Notes under the pieces: generated by a model
What the model was told of the DNA's origin: nothing
Databases searched by the model: none
What the model saw: only the letters and a program-made list of their open reading frames with translations
Assembly: GCF_000196355.1 (NCBI RefSeq)
Contig: NC_007614.1
Span: 2,670,001-2,702,000 of the forward strand
Source: Nitrosospira multiformis ATCC 25196
GTDB taxonomy: Bacteria; Pseudomonadota; Gammaproteobacteria; Burkholderiales; Nitrosomonadaceae
Direction of reading: 5' to 3'
DNA: 32,000 bases
Part shown: piece by piece, positions 19,092 through 28,346 of the stretch
How positions within the stretch are numbered: the stretch's first letter is position 1
Layout: each line of letters begins with the position of its first letter
Translations under genes and position numbers: made by a program

Positions 19092-19676
19092 TCAGTTCCA
19101 GCGGACAATGGCGAGGTACGCCATCGTGCCGGCGGCGATGGCCACGCCATAGGGCAATGTGCCTGTGGATTCCGCGGCGGATTTTGTGTCAGATTCCGCG
19201 GCGGCGCCCCCGACAGCTTCACCGGGTTTTCCGCTCGCGGGCAGGCCCATCATTGTCGCGCCGGCGAGTGCTCCCAGCAGCATGACGTTTAGATTGCGCC
19301 ACAGCAGGTGCAGCTTGCCTTCAAGCAAAGCAGCCGCCAGCGCCAGTACTCCGCCTGCCAGCAGGACGCACACCAGCGCGCCGACAGTTTCCTGCGCTCC
19401 GAGAAAGGCGCCAACCATGGCCATGAGCTTCACGTCGCCTGCGCCCATGGCTCGCAACAGGTAGAGCGGCAGCAGCAGCGCCAGACCCGTACCCAGTCCC
19501 GCCAGGGAGCCAAGGACACCCAGCCCGCCTGCTTCCTGCGGCAGCAGGGCATGCAGCAGCACGCCGATGATCGCACCCGGAAAAACCAGGGAGTTCGGTA
19601 TGCGACGGCTGCGGATATCACTCCAGGCTGCTGCCAGCAACAGCAGCAGCAAAAATCCGATACTTAATGAATGCAT
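19092..19676 (-). CDS. cpaA: Prepilin peptidase CpaA/TadV (A24 aspartic peptidase)
   Basis: Reads AAAWSDIRSRRIPNSLVF...LLRAMGAGDVKLMAMVGAFLG, carrying the two catalytic Asp motifs. The start is ATG 19676 or GTG 19688. Confidence 0.9.
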   Translation of the reverse strand: MHSLSIGFLLLLLLAAAWSDIRSRRIPNSLVFPGAIIGVLLHALLPQEAGGLGVLGSLAGLGTGLALLLPLYLLRAMGAGDVKLMAMVGAFLGAQETVGALVCVLLAGGVLALAAALLEGKLHLLWRNLNVMLLGALAGATMMGLPASGKPGEAVGGAAAESDTKSAAESTGTLPYGVAIAAGTMAYLAIVRWN

Positions 19677-19717
19677 GTGTTGATTCACGTTTGTTTAACT
19701 GCTTTCAACTATTGACC

Positions 19718-19736
19718 GCCCGGCACTGTGCCGGGC
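19718..19736 (-). promoter_or_regulatory. Intercistronic stem-loop between flp and cpaA
   Basis: Perfect 9-bp arms, GCCCGGCAC-t-GTGCCGGGC, with no U-tract. It lies 77 nt after the flp stop. Confidence 0.6.
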
Positions 19737-19812
19737 AGTACTTGAACTTCAATTGCAACTGCGCGAAGTTGCCAAGATAGCGGCTACTCGGCATTCTTAT
19801 TGAAGTTTTCTT

Positions 19813-19995
19813 TTAGATCGCGCCTGAAAGCGCAGTGCTAATAGCCCCGAATACCAGGTTCAAATCCGTACCAACTTGTCGGACCGCAGTAATGATCGCT
19901 ACTGCGATCAGGGCGGCGATCAAAGCATATTCAATAGCGGTCACGCCTTCTTCGTCGTTCAGGAACTGTTTCATGCCTTGCGCGATTTTGTTCAT
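19813..19995 (-). CDS. flp: Flp/Fap family type IVb pilin
   Basis: 60 aa reading MNKIAQGMKQFLNDEEG/VTAIEYALIAALIAVAIITAV, with the canonical G/xxxxEY processing motif. SD AAGAGGAAAcattATG. Confidence 0.95.
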   Translation of the reverse strand: MNKIAQGMKQFLNDEEGVTAIEYALIAALIAVAIITAVRQVGTDLNLVFGAISTALSGAI

Positions 19996-20087
19996 AATGT
20001 TTCCTCTTGTTTAGGTCATCAATAAAATCCGCCGGAACGTGGCGGAGGTTTTTCTCTGTACTGCGGGTGCCATTTTGCAAGTCGTCA

Positions 20088-20114
20088 GGTGCCCAGTCCA
20101 TCGTACTGAAGTAC
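20088..20114 (-). promoter_or_regulatory. Conserved 27-nt element, copy B (about 100 nt upstream of flp)
   Basis: The minus strand reads GTACTTCAGTACGATGGACTGGGCACC, matching 25 of 27 positions of 5055-5081. The palindrome TGTACCaaGGTACA (20119-20132) lies immediately upstream. Confidence 0.55.
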
Positions 20115-20641
20115 ACCTTGTACCAAGGTACAGGTCGCGTGATAACCAGTATTATTATGACGTAAACATAGCAGGGAGCCAGGGCCGCGGCCCGGTGCGG
20201 ATGCTCTTCTTCCGCTTTCCTCCGGCTTTTCTTCCGGAGAGCTTCTACCCGCTCCATCTGGAACCTGTGCGCCGCATCCGCCCGTGCCCTCCCTCTCCTT
20301 TATGCTGATGAAATTATCGGGGCGGCAGCCTCCTGGCATTGAGGGAAACAGGGGGAGAAAGACGCGCCATCTCCGAAATTCGATAACAGGACGCGCATTG
20401 TCGGGCGAGCATCGAGCAACACGCGGGCCATCCCGCAGGAGGTGAATACGCATCGTGCCACTGACCGTTGGCAGGAGGCAGCATGACGTTTGTACTGCCT
20501 GTTCACGCGTATAGTGCGGCAAGGTATGATGTCGCCTTCGTGTTCCCTTGTATCCCATTGGTTCCACTGTTTTCCATTCCATTGCTTTCCGCTACCAGTT
20601 TCCCGCTTGCTTCCCCCATGATTGCCACCCGCAGATGAACG

Positions 20642-20680
20642 ATGAGTCCCAATGAGTCCCAATGAGTCCCAAGAGTCCCC
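20642..20680 (+). repeat. 10-bp tandem repeat ATGAGTCCCA x3 (plus a degenerate 4th) at the bioA start
   Basis: Copies at 20642, 20652 and 20662 each carry an ATG, so the three ATGs fall in three frames. Only the last opens bioA. Confidence 0.9.
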
Positions 20681-21984
20681 ATGAAGCCTTGCGGCAACGC
20701 AGCCTGAAGTCGGTCTGGCATCCCTGCACCCAGATGAAGCGGCATGAATCGCTGGCGCTCGTCACCATCGCGCGCGCCGAAGGCGTGTGGCTATACGATG
20801 GTGAGGGCAGGCGGTACCTCGATGCCATCGGTTCCTGGTGGGTCAATCTGTTCGGTCATGCCAACCCGCGCATCAACGCAGCCATTCGCGAGCAGCTCGA
20901 CCGTCTGGAGCATGTCATGCTGGCCGGATTCACGCATGAACCGGTGGTGGAATTGTCCGAGCGCCTCAGCAAGCTGGTATCGAACCAGCTGGGGCATTGC
21001 TTTTATGCGAGCGATGGTGCTTCCGCCACGGAAATTGCGCTGAAAATGAGTTTTCATTACTGGCACAACCTCGGCCGCCCTGAAAAGAATCATTTCGTCA
21101 GCCTGCAGAACGACTACCATGGCGAAACGCTGGGAGCGCTTTCGGTCACGGATGTAGCACTTTTCAAGGAAACCTATGCACCGCTCCTGCGGCCAGGCAG
21201 CCATGTTCCCACTCCGGACTGGCGCTATGCCTCCGAGGGCGAGTCGCCTCAGGAGCATGCCCTGCGCGCCGCTGCGGCGCTCGAGGCGCACCTTGCAGCG
21301 CATCATGCGGAAACTGCTGCACTCATTCTGGAACCGCTGATTCAGGGAGCGGCCGGCATGGGCATGTATCATCCTGATTATCTCCGGCGCGCGCGCGAAC
21401 TCTGCGACCGGTATCAGGTGCATCTCATCGCGGATGAAATCGCAGTCGGATTCGGCAGGACTGGGACCCTGTTTGCCTGTGAGCAGGCAGGCATCCTGCC
21501 GGATTTCCTCTGCATCGGTAAGGGTTTGACGGCAGGTTATCTTCCTCTCTCGGTCGTGATGACTACCGAGGAAATCTACGCTGCCTTCTACGGCGACAAC
21601 CCGGCGCGCGCCTTCCTGCATTCCCATACCCATTCCGGCAATGCGCTGGCCTGCCGGGCCGCGCTCGCGACGCTGGATATTTTCGAGCAGGACGGTATCA
21701 TCGAGGCGAACCGTGGCAAGGCCCGCTATCTCAATCAGGCCTCCACACCCCTCGCAACGCATCCGCAGGTGCGGAACTTCCGCAATTGCGGAATGATCTG
21801 GGCGTTCGAAGTCGAGACTTCCGATCCGTCGTTTCCGGGAAAATTTTTCCAGGCTGCGCTCAGGCAGGAACTGTCCCTGCGGCCCTTGGGAAACACCGTC
21901 TACTTCATGCCGCCGTATGTCATCAACGAACAGGAAATGGACCTGCTGGTGGCGGGTACGCTGGCGGCGCTGGACGCATGGTGA
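20662..21984 (+). CDS. bioA: Adenosylmethionine-8-amino-7-oxononanoate aminotransferase (biotin synthesis)
   Basis: 440 aa. SVWHPCTQM...IGSWWVNLFGHANP aligns with the E. coli BioA N-terminus. It also has class-III aminotransferase motifs (HLIADEIAVGFGRTG, HSHTHSGN). Confidence 0.93.
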   Translation: MSPKSPHEALRQRSLKSVWHPCTQMKRHESLALVTIARAEGVWLYDGEGRRYLDAIGSWWVNLFGHANPRINAAIREQLDRLEHVMLAGFTHEPVVELSERLSKLVSNQLGHCFYASDGASATEIALKMSFHYWHNLGRPEKNHFVSLQNDYHGETLGALSVTDVALFKETYAPLLRPGSHVPTPDWRYASEGESPQEHALRAAAALEAHLAAHHAETAALILEPLIQGAAGMGMYHPDYLRRARELCDRYQVHLIADEIAVGFGRTGTLFACEQAGILPDFLCIGKGLTAGYLPLSVVMTTEEIYAAFYGDNPARAFLHSHTHSGNALACRAALATLDIFEQDGIIEANRGKARYLNQASTPLATHPQVRNFRNCGMIWAFEVETSDPSFPGKFFQAALRQELSLRPLGNTVYFMPPYVINEQEMDLLVAGTLAALDAW

Positions 21985-22164
21985 AAACCCCCCGGTGAGG
22001 AAACGACGGAGGCGATGAAGTGGCTGCGCCGAATGCCGGCAAGCCTCGCATTCATTTCGTTCAGAGCGTCGTGGAGTCGATGCGCTTCAATAATATACGG
22101 AAGGAGCCGTTATCATCTCTGCAACCAGGATGTGCGATGGGGGCAGGATCAAGTATCATCTAAA

Positions 22165-22400
22165 GTACAATCTCGACAGGCCGAATGAAGCATACTCATT
22201 ATCGGCTTCCAGGCGGTCGGTACGCTGAATGCAGCTCGGTGGAGGGGTGAATCAGTGAAGATTTTTCGATGGAAATGCACCCGTGCGGCTGGATATGCCC
22301 ATCGGCGGACTTTCCGCTCACGCGGACCTGCTCGTCATGCTGGACTACTTCCTTGCCGCCTCCCAGTCTGACTTTCCGGTCAGACTTTCCTCGTTCACGC
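22165..22400 (+). pseudogene. Decayed C-terminal remnant of an MBL-fold/beta-CASP hydrolase
   Basis: Three frames translate to DRPNEA / LIIGFQAVGTLNAARWRGESVKIF / FDGNAPVRLDMPIGGLSAHADLLVMLDY. This follows the beta-CASP C-terminal pattern (..GYQA.GTLGR....G..V.I.G..V.V.A.V..I.G.SAHAD) but is broken by frameshifts and stops. Confidence 0.5.
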
Positions 22401-22494
22401 AGCCTTCAGCTTGCCCATTCTGGCCGACACCATCCGGCAGAAACCAAACTGGAATGCAAGTACCCTGTCCAACCCTCATCCGTTGAGATATAGC

Positions 22495-24141
22495 ATGTCC
22501 CTGTTCACACGTTTGCAACGTTCCCTGGAAAACCCGCTGGAAAACCCGCAGAAAAACCTGCCCGGAAATCCATTGAGAAACTCGCATCTCGTACCGCTAT
22601 TACGCGCAATAAAGTGGGCATTATGCAGTCTGCTTGTCTTCCTGCCGCCGCCGGCTTTGGCGCTCGACCTGCCTGACTCGGTAAAATACGCGCTCGCACG
22701 GGCGGGTATCCCCCGGTCTGCCGTCGGCATTTACGTGCATGAAACCGGTGCAGGACAGCCGCTGCTGGCTGTCAATGCTGGCGTCGGCATGAGCCCGGCT
22801 TCGGTGATGAAGCTTCTGACCACATTTGCCGGACTGGAACTACTGGGGCCGGGATATGCCTGGAAGACGGAGCTGTATGCTGACGGGATTGTCCGGGGGG
22901 ATGCCCTTCACGGCAATCTGGTCATCAAGGGCTACGGCGATCCGAGGCTGAATCTGGAGAACTTCTGGTTGCTCACCCGACGGCTGCGCCAGACCGGATT
23001 GCGCGAAATCACCGGCGACCTGGTGCTCGACAGCAGCCATTTCGATCTCCCCGGAAGCGACTCCGCCGCATTCGACGGCAGGCCCTATCGCGCATACAAC
23101 GTCCTCCCCGAGGCGCTGATGGTGAATTACCGGACGCTCGCGCTGCGGCTGCTGCCGCAGCCGGAAAGCAGGAGCGTGCGCATTGTGGTGGACCCCCTGT
23201 TGCCCTCTCTCGACCTCAAAAACAGCCTGACGCTCACCAATGGTGCATGCAATGACTGGAAGGATGATCTTGGCACGGATATTCAGTTCGCCACGGGCCT
23301 CGACAGCCGCGTGTCCGTGACATTCAAGGGCAGCTATGCCCTGGCGTGCGGCGAAAAAACCCTGTTCCTCAGTGTTCACGACACTGCCCGCTATACCTTC
23401 GATCTGTTCAGGCAGTTGTGGGAACAGCAAGGCGGTGTTCTTCGCGGGAGCGTGCGCAGGAGTGCCGCTCCGGAAGGAATTGTGCCGCTGGAAACCCACC
23501 AGTCTCCTCCCTTGACGGATATCGTGCGCGATATCAACAAGTTCAGCAACAATACCGCGGCGCGGCAGCTCTATCTCACCCTGGGGCTGGGCAGTGGACC
23601 ATTCAGGGAACCGCAAGTAATGCCGGCTTCCTTCAACATCGGCTACGGAAATGATCGAACCGCCAAAAGCGGAACAATACTTTCCCTGGATGGAATCGGA
23701 GAAGATCCTGACCCGTCACGCGCAACCCTCGCCAAATCGGAAACCGCCATCCGGCAATGGCTCGCTTCCCGCCAACTGGTCTTTCCCGAGCTGATCCTGG
23801 AAAACGGGTCTGGCTTGTCGCGGAATGAACGCATCAGTGCCGGCCATATGGGCAAACTGCTGCTCGCCGCATTCCAGAGTCATGTCATGCCCGAGTTTGT
23901 CTCCTCCCTGCCCATCGTCGCAGTGGACGGCACCATGAAGAAAAGACTCAACCGCAGTGCAATCGCCGGCCAGGCCCATATCAAGACAGGGCTGCTGGAG
24001 GGGGTAAAAACCATAGCGGGTTATGTGCGCGACAAGTCCGGCAGGCGCTCGGTCGTGGTTTTCTTCATCAACCACCCGCGCGCGGAGAACGGACAGGCTG
24101 CGATGGATGCGCTGCTCGATTGGGTCTACGAGGGGCGATAA
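22495..24141 (+). CDS. dacB: D-alanyl-D-alanine carboxypeptidase/endopeptidase, PBP4 family
   Basis: Reads PASVMKLLTT (SxxK), FSNN and HIKTGLLEGVKTIAGYV (KTG), with PBP4 length. The start is ATG 22495, or TTG 22573, which would give a cleaner signal peptide. Confidence 0.9.
   Translation: MSLFTRLQRSLENPLENPQKNLPGNPLRNSHLVPLLRAIKWALCSLLVFLPPPALALDLPDSVKYALARAGIPRSAVGIYVHETGAGQPLLAVNAGVGMSPASVMKLLTTFAGLELLGPGYAWKTELYADGIVRGDALHGNLVIKGYGDPRLNLENFWLLTRRLRQTGLREITGDLVLDSSHFDLPGSDSAAFDGRPYRAYNVLPEALMVNYRTLALRLLPQPESRSVRIVVDPLLPSLDLKNSLTLTNGACNDWKDDLGTDIQFATGLDSRVSVTFKGSYALACGEKTLFLSVHDTARYTFDLFRQLWEQQGGVLRGSVRRSAAPEGIVPLETHQSPPLTDIVRDINKFSNNTAARQLYLTLGLGSGPFREPQVMPASFNIGYGNDRTAKSGTILSLDGIGEDPDPSRATLAKSETAIRQWLASRQLVFPELILENGSGLSRNERISAGHMGKLLLAAFQSHVMPEFVSSLPIVAVDGTMKKRLNRSAIAGQAHIKTGLLEGVKTIAGYVRDKSGRRSVVVFFINHPRAENGQAAMDALLDWVYEGR
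22525..22560 (+). repeat. In-frame 12-bp tandem repeat in the dacB 5' end
   Basis: CTGGAAAACCCG x2 plus a degenerate CAGAAAAACCTG, encoding LENP-LENP-QKNL. Confidence 0.85.
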
Positions 24142-24401
24142 CGCTATCAACGAAAGTTGTGCTCCGGGAAGCCGGATTAGCCCCGCCCAACGCTTTCTGA
24201 TGCCTCATGCGGATCTCAATGCTCCGCATCGGCGCACTGCCTTTTTGCCTCTCCTGTTGACTGGGGTAGACGTTCCGTAGAGATTTTCTACGTCCTCCAC
24301 CAAATTAAAGCACTTCCTCCCGGCAGCCGTTATTGACAGCATCCTTCATCGCCGTTTGAGTGGTCCAGCAGGAGCAGACCCCTGTTCCGCAATTAACACA
24401 T

Positions 24402-24902
24402 ATGACGAAACAACTCGAAAAACTTATGTTTGTACAGGGTGGCCGGTGCTTCTTCTGCGACCAACGCATTCCTGCGACGGAAGCGAGCGTGGAGCACTTG
24501 ATAGCGCGAGCAAATGGCGGGGCTAACAGCGAGGATAACTGTGTTGCCTGCTGCAAGTCGCTAAATGCACTGCTCGCGAACAAGTCCCTGAAGGAGAAAT
24601 TGCGCATCGTACTGAACCAGAGAGGGCAATTTAAATGCCCAGCGTGCTACAGCAGTAAGGAAACACCTTACAGCACCGAGAGCAATGGTCTTCGACTTGA
24701 AAGACTTTCCCGGATATCGGCAGACCTCAAGAATCGCCACCCGGCCCTTCCCCGAACGGTTAACGCACTTCGCAACACAATCGATGCCGTTTTTCAAAAG
24801 AAACTGACTGCGGAAGATATCAGCTCAATCCTCGATGAACTTCAGTCCAGCGGTCGGATCACAATCAGTGAAAATAAGGTTGAATATCAACTTGCGCCCT
24901 GA
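24402..24902 (+). CDS. Small HNH-motif nuclease-like protein (orphan)
   Basis: 166 aa from the ATG at 24402, reading GGRCFFCDQRIPATEASVEHLIARANGGANSEDNCVACCKSLN (CxxC...EH...N...CxxC HNH/zinc-finger layout). GC is lower than in the neighbouring genes. Confidence 0.7.
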   Translation: MTKQLEKLMFVQGGRCFFCDQRIPATEASVEHLIARANGGANSEDNCVACCKSLNALLANKSLKEKLRIVLNQRGQFKCPACYSSKETPYSTESNGLRLERLSRISADLKNRHPALPRTVNALRNTIDAVFQKKLTAEDISSILDELQSSGRITISENKVEYQLAP

Positions 24903-25011
24903 TGCTTCCTGCGATTGCAAGCATTACCTCGCGCTCTTCGCCACGCCACGGAGCGAAGTGCTCGCGTAACATCCTCACGTCAAGCATTCATGCTAGCGCT
25001 ATTTCCGGTTT

Positions 25012-26493
25012 TCATTCGATCCTGCTGTCCAACCCGTTCTCCGCAATCTCCGCCGCGCGCAGCAGGGCCCTGGCCTTGTTTTGCGTCTCCACCCATTCGC
25101 TTTGCGGAACGGAATCGGCAACGATGCCCGCACCCGCCTGGACATGCAGTTTGCCGTCCTTGATCACTCCAGTGCGGATGGCGATAGCCAGATCCATATC
25201 CCCGTTGAATCCAAGATATCCGACTGCACCTGCATAGATTCCACGCTTCGAGACTTCCAGTTCATCGATGATTTCCATTGCCCGCACCTTGGGCGCGCCA
25301 CTTACGGTCCCCGCCGGAAAGGTGGCGCGCAGCACATCCATCGCATTGAGGCCGGGCTTGAGCCGGCCTTCGACATTGGAAACAATATGCATGACGTGCG
25401 AGTAGTGCTCGATACGCATGTTCTCTGTCACCTTTACCGTTCCGATCTGCGCCACGCGTCCTACATCATTACGCCCCAGGTCCATCAGCATTACATGCTC
25501 CGCCCGCTCTTTCGGGTCGGCGAGCAGATCGGTGGCCAGCGCAGCGTCTTCCCCCAAGGTCTTGCCCCGGGGACGGGTTCCTGCGATCGGGCGTACCGTT
25601 ACCGTTTCACCTTCGAGTCGCACCAGGATTTCGGGCGAGGCTCCCACCACGTAAAAGCTGCCGAGGTGGTAATAAAACATGTAGGGAGAAGGATTGAGGC
25701 TGCGCAACGCGCGGTACAGCGCGAGCGGTGATGCGCCGTACGGTTTGCTGGTGCGCTGCGATAGCACCACCTGCATGATATCGCCATCAAAAATATAGCG
25801 CTTGGCCCGTTCTACTGCCGAGATGAAATCCGCCTCCGCGAACTGCGAAACCGGCGCACCCGATTCACACGGCATTTCCAATGGAATCCGTAACGGTTCC
25901 CGGAGAGATCCCAACAGTTCTTTCAACCGTTTCCGGGCGCTGGAGTACGCGCCCTCAAGAGCGGCGTCCCCATATACGATGAGGTAGAGCTTGCTGGAAA
26001 GGTTATCCACCACGGCCAGTTCTTCCGAAACCAGCAGCAGGATGTCGGGCGTATCCAGTGTGTCAGGCAGCCTGTACGCGCACCCACCCGCGAGCCTGCG
26101 CTCGATATAACGTACCGTATCGTACGCGAAGTAGCCCGCGAGACCGCCGCAAAACCGCGGCAAGCCGGGATAAGGTGCCGCCTTGAAGCGCGCCAGATAG
26201 GATTGAACGAAAGCAAGAGGATCTTCCGACTGGAATACCTGGCTGGTGCTGCCGTCGATTACGCTGACATCGTTGCCGCGCACTTCGATTCGGTTGCGGG
26301 CGGGTAAGCCGATAACTGAATAACGTCCAAAACGCTCGCCTCCCTGAACGGATTCCAGCAGATAGGAATAAGGCTCATTTGCCAGCTTCAGATAAACCGA
26401 CAACGGGGTGTCAAGATCGGCAAAGGTTTCCAGGACGACAGGAATATGGGTGTAGCCCTTTGTCGCCAGAGCATGGAATTCTGCTTCCGTCAT
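25012..26493 (-). CDS. trpE: Anthranilate synthase component I
   Basis: 493 aa with [14 protein letters not shown], the chorismate-binding core [25 protein letters not shown] and [23 protein letters not shown]. Confidence 0.97.
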   Translation of the reverse strand: MTEAEFHALATKGYTHIPVVLETFADLDTPLSVYLKLANEPYSYLLESVQGGERFGRYSVIGLPARNRIEVRGNDVSVIDGSTSQVFQSEDPLAFVQSYLARFKAAPYPGLPRFCGGLAGYFAYDTVRYIERRLAGGCAYRLPDTLDTPDILLLVSEELAVVDNLSSKLYLIVYGDAALEGAYSSARKRLKELLGSLREPLRIPLEMPCESGAPVSQFAEADFISAVERAKRYIFDGDIMQVVLSQRTSKPYGASPLALYRALRSLNPSPYMFYYHLGSFYVVGASPEILVRLEGETVTVRPIAGTRPRGKTLGEDAALATDLLADPKERAEHVMLMDLGRNDVGRVAQIGTVKVTENMRIEHYSHVMHIVSNVEGRLKPGLNAMDVLRATFPAGTVSGAPKVRAMEIIDELEVSKRGIYAGAVGYLGFNGDMDLAIAIRTGVIKDGKLHVQAGAGIVADSVPQSEWVETQNKARALLRAAEIAENGLDSRIE

Positions 26494-26633
26494 GATTCAG
26501 ACTCCAAAAAAACAGAAAATGAAAAAATACCGCAGAACGGATCAATATTTATCGAGCCGCCAACGCCAACCCCAGCAGTGCCAGTAGCACCATCCCTGGG
26601 TTGCATATCTTTCCTTTTCCGTTTTTCCGTTAC

Positions 26634-27317
26634 TCATGAGGATTTCTGGATCAGCTTTGTTGCCTCATATAACGATGGGACGATCGCGTCGCAATCAAGT
26701 TCGTACACGTCGCGTCCTTCATTGTATCCATAGGGAACACAAAATACGTGAGAACCCGCCGCGCGCGCAGCCTGGGCATCATTTAGCGAATCCCCGACCA
26801 GCAGCATGTCATGCGGCTGGATTTCGAAACGTTCACAAGCGTGCAGCAAAGGCATCGGATCCGGCTTCTTTTTCGGCAAGCTATCCCCGGAAACCACGAT
26901 ATCGAAGTAGTCCAGCAGTTCCGCCGCACGAAGCAGCGGCAAGGTAAAAGCCTCTGCCTTGTTCGTCACGCAGGCGAGCCGGAAGCCGCCTGCACGCAAA
27001 GCGTTCAATCCCTCGCGCACGCCAGGGTAAGCGCGCGTATCGACATACAATGTTTTTTCGTAGCTGCGCTCATACAGCGGCATTGCGCGCCGCAATAGGT
27101 CTGAGTCGGGCTCGCCATCGAGGTCGCCCGTGAGCGAACGTTTCACCAGCTTTTCTATCCCTTTGCCGATGTAGGATTGGATTGTTTCCAGCGGAAGCTC
27201 GGCTTTTCCCAGTTCCTTCAGCATCATGTTGGCAGCGGTGGCAAGATCAGGCGCGGTATCCAGCAAGGTGCCGTCGAGATCGATCATGACTGCTTTGATC
27301 GGCAGGGGAAAATGCAT
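26634..27317 (-). CDS. gph: Phosphoglycolate phosphatase (HAD superfamily)
   Basis: Reads IKAVMIDLDGTLLDTAPDLA and LLVGDSLNDAQAARAAG. The start is ATG 27317, or GTG 27362 at the ORF maximum. Confidence 0.88.
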   Translation of the reverse strand: MHFPLPIKAVMIDLDGTLLDTAPDLATAANMMLKELGKAELPLETIQSYIGKGIEKLVKRSLTGDLDGEPDSDLLRRAMPLYERSYEKTLYVDTRAYPGVREGLNALRAGGFRLACVTNKAEAFTLPLLRAAELLDYFDIVVSGDSLPKKKPDPMPLLHACERFEIQPHDMLLVGDSLNDAQAARAAGSHVFCVPYGYNEGRDVYELDCDAIVPSLYEATKLIQKSS

Positions 27318-27476
27318 ATCAGGAGCAGAAGTACGTGCAAGCGGAGAGAGGCCTTTGTTCACGTCGTATTATCCATATTCATTAAAAAATAATAAGGCTT
27401 GTTCGTATAGGCGACGAAGCGACGGGAGCTTTCCAAATGGATCGCTCCAAACTCGGGAGTTTACGCACGAGCGCGC

Positions 27477-28160
27477 TCACACCTTCTTCAGTTCTGCCCG
27501 CAGGGCTGATAAGATGGTGTCATAACGGTGGGGATCGCTGTCCTTCCCTGCGCTGTAAATTGCGGAACCGGCAACGAAAGTATCCGCTCCAGCACGCGCA
27601 ATTTCCGCGATGTTGTCCACTTTCACGCCGCCATCGATTTCCAGCAGTATGCTCCTGCCGCTCTCATCGATACGCCTTCGCACTTCCCTCAGCTTCGGCA
27701 ACGCTTCCGGAATGAATTTCTGTCCCCCGAATCCGGGATTGACTGACATGATCAGTACCAGGTCCAGTTTGTCGAGAACGTGGTCAAGATAATTCAACGG
27801 TGTGGCGGGATTGAAAACAAGTCCGGCCATGCATCCCTGTTCCTTGATGAGCCCGATGGTGCGATCGATATGACGCGTTGCCTCCGGATGAAAGGAAATG
27901 ATATTGGCTCCTGCTTTCGCGAAATCCGGAACGATACGGTCAACCGGTTCGACCATCAGATGCACGTCGATAATCGCGTCGGTCACTGGTCGAATGGCTT
28001 CGCACACAAGGGGTCCGATAGTGAGGTTGGGTACATAATGATTATCCATCACATCGAAATGGATAAAATCCGCACCGGAATCGATAACTGCAGAAACTTC
28101 CTCGCCCAGCTTGGCAAAGTTTGCAGATAAAATGCTTGGAGCAATGCGGTAATTGGCCAT
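27477..28160 (-). CDS. rpe: Ribulose-phosphate 3-epimerase
   Basis: [22 protein letters not shown]...[14 protein letters not shown]...[13 protein letters not shown]. The start at 28160 has the SD AAGGAcgcccttcATG. Confidence 0.96.
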   Translation of the reverse strand: MANYRIAPSILSANFAKLGEEVSAVIDSGADFIHFDVMDNHYVPNLTIGPLVCEAIRPVTDAIIDVHLMVEPVDRIVPDFAKAGANIISFHPEATRHIDRTIGLIKEQGCMAGLVFNPATPLNYLDHVLDKLDLVLIMSVNPGFGGQKFIPEALPKLREVRRRIDESGRSILLEIDGGVKVDNIAEIARAGADTFVAGSAIYSAGKDSDPHRYDTILSALRAELKKV

Positions 28161-28346
28161 GAAGGGCGTCCTTGTGATGATCAAAAAAGCGCAATTTTAA
28201 CCGTAAATTGTCTTTCGGCGTTAGTGGCATCGGTCTTTAAAGCTGCTGTCCCTGATTGCGATCTCCTGCAGTCTTGAAAAATCGTTCCAATGACTTTGCG
28301 GCGTGCTGCCCTTGCCCTGAGCCCGAAAATAGTGTGCAATGCCAGT

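Noticed and set aside
20066-20082. sigma54-like TGGCAC/TTGCA words upstream of flp
   Set aside because: On the flp strand the order is TTGCA-aaa-TGGCAC, which is the wrong order and spacing for a -24/-12 promoter.
20791-21762. 323-aa ORF antisense to bioA; likewise 22840-23616 antisense to dacB and 25081-25731 antisense to trpE
   Set aside because: These are shadow ORFs opposite well-supported enzymes, and no motifs were recognised.
22015-22188. 57-codon plus-strand ORF (MKWLRRMPASLAF...) after bioA
   Set aside because: The SD is only 2 nt from the ATG and the sequence is unremarkable. The region is better explained as decayed pseudogene DNA.
26494-26633. Possible trp leader peptide/attenuator between gph and trpE
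   Set aside because: One minus-strand frame has 5 Trp codons in 12 (TGG TGC TAC TGG CAC TGC TGG GGT TGG CGT TGG), but it has no start codon. The ATG-initiated frames (MQPRDGATG.., MVLLALLGLALAAR*) contain no Trp, and I could not find a convincing terminator/antiterminator pair.
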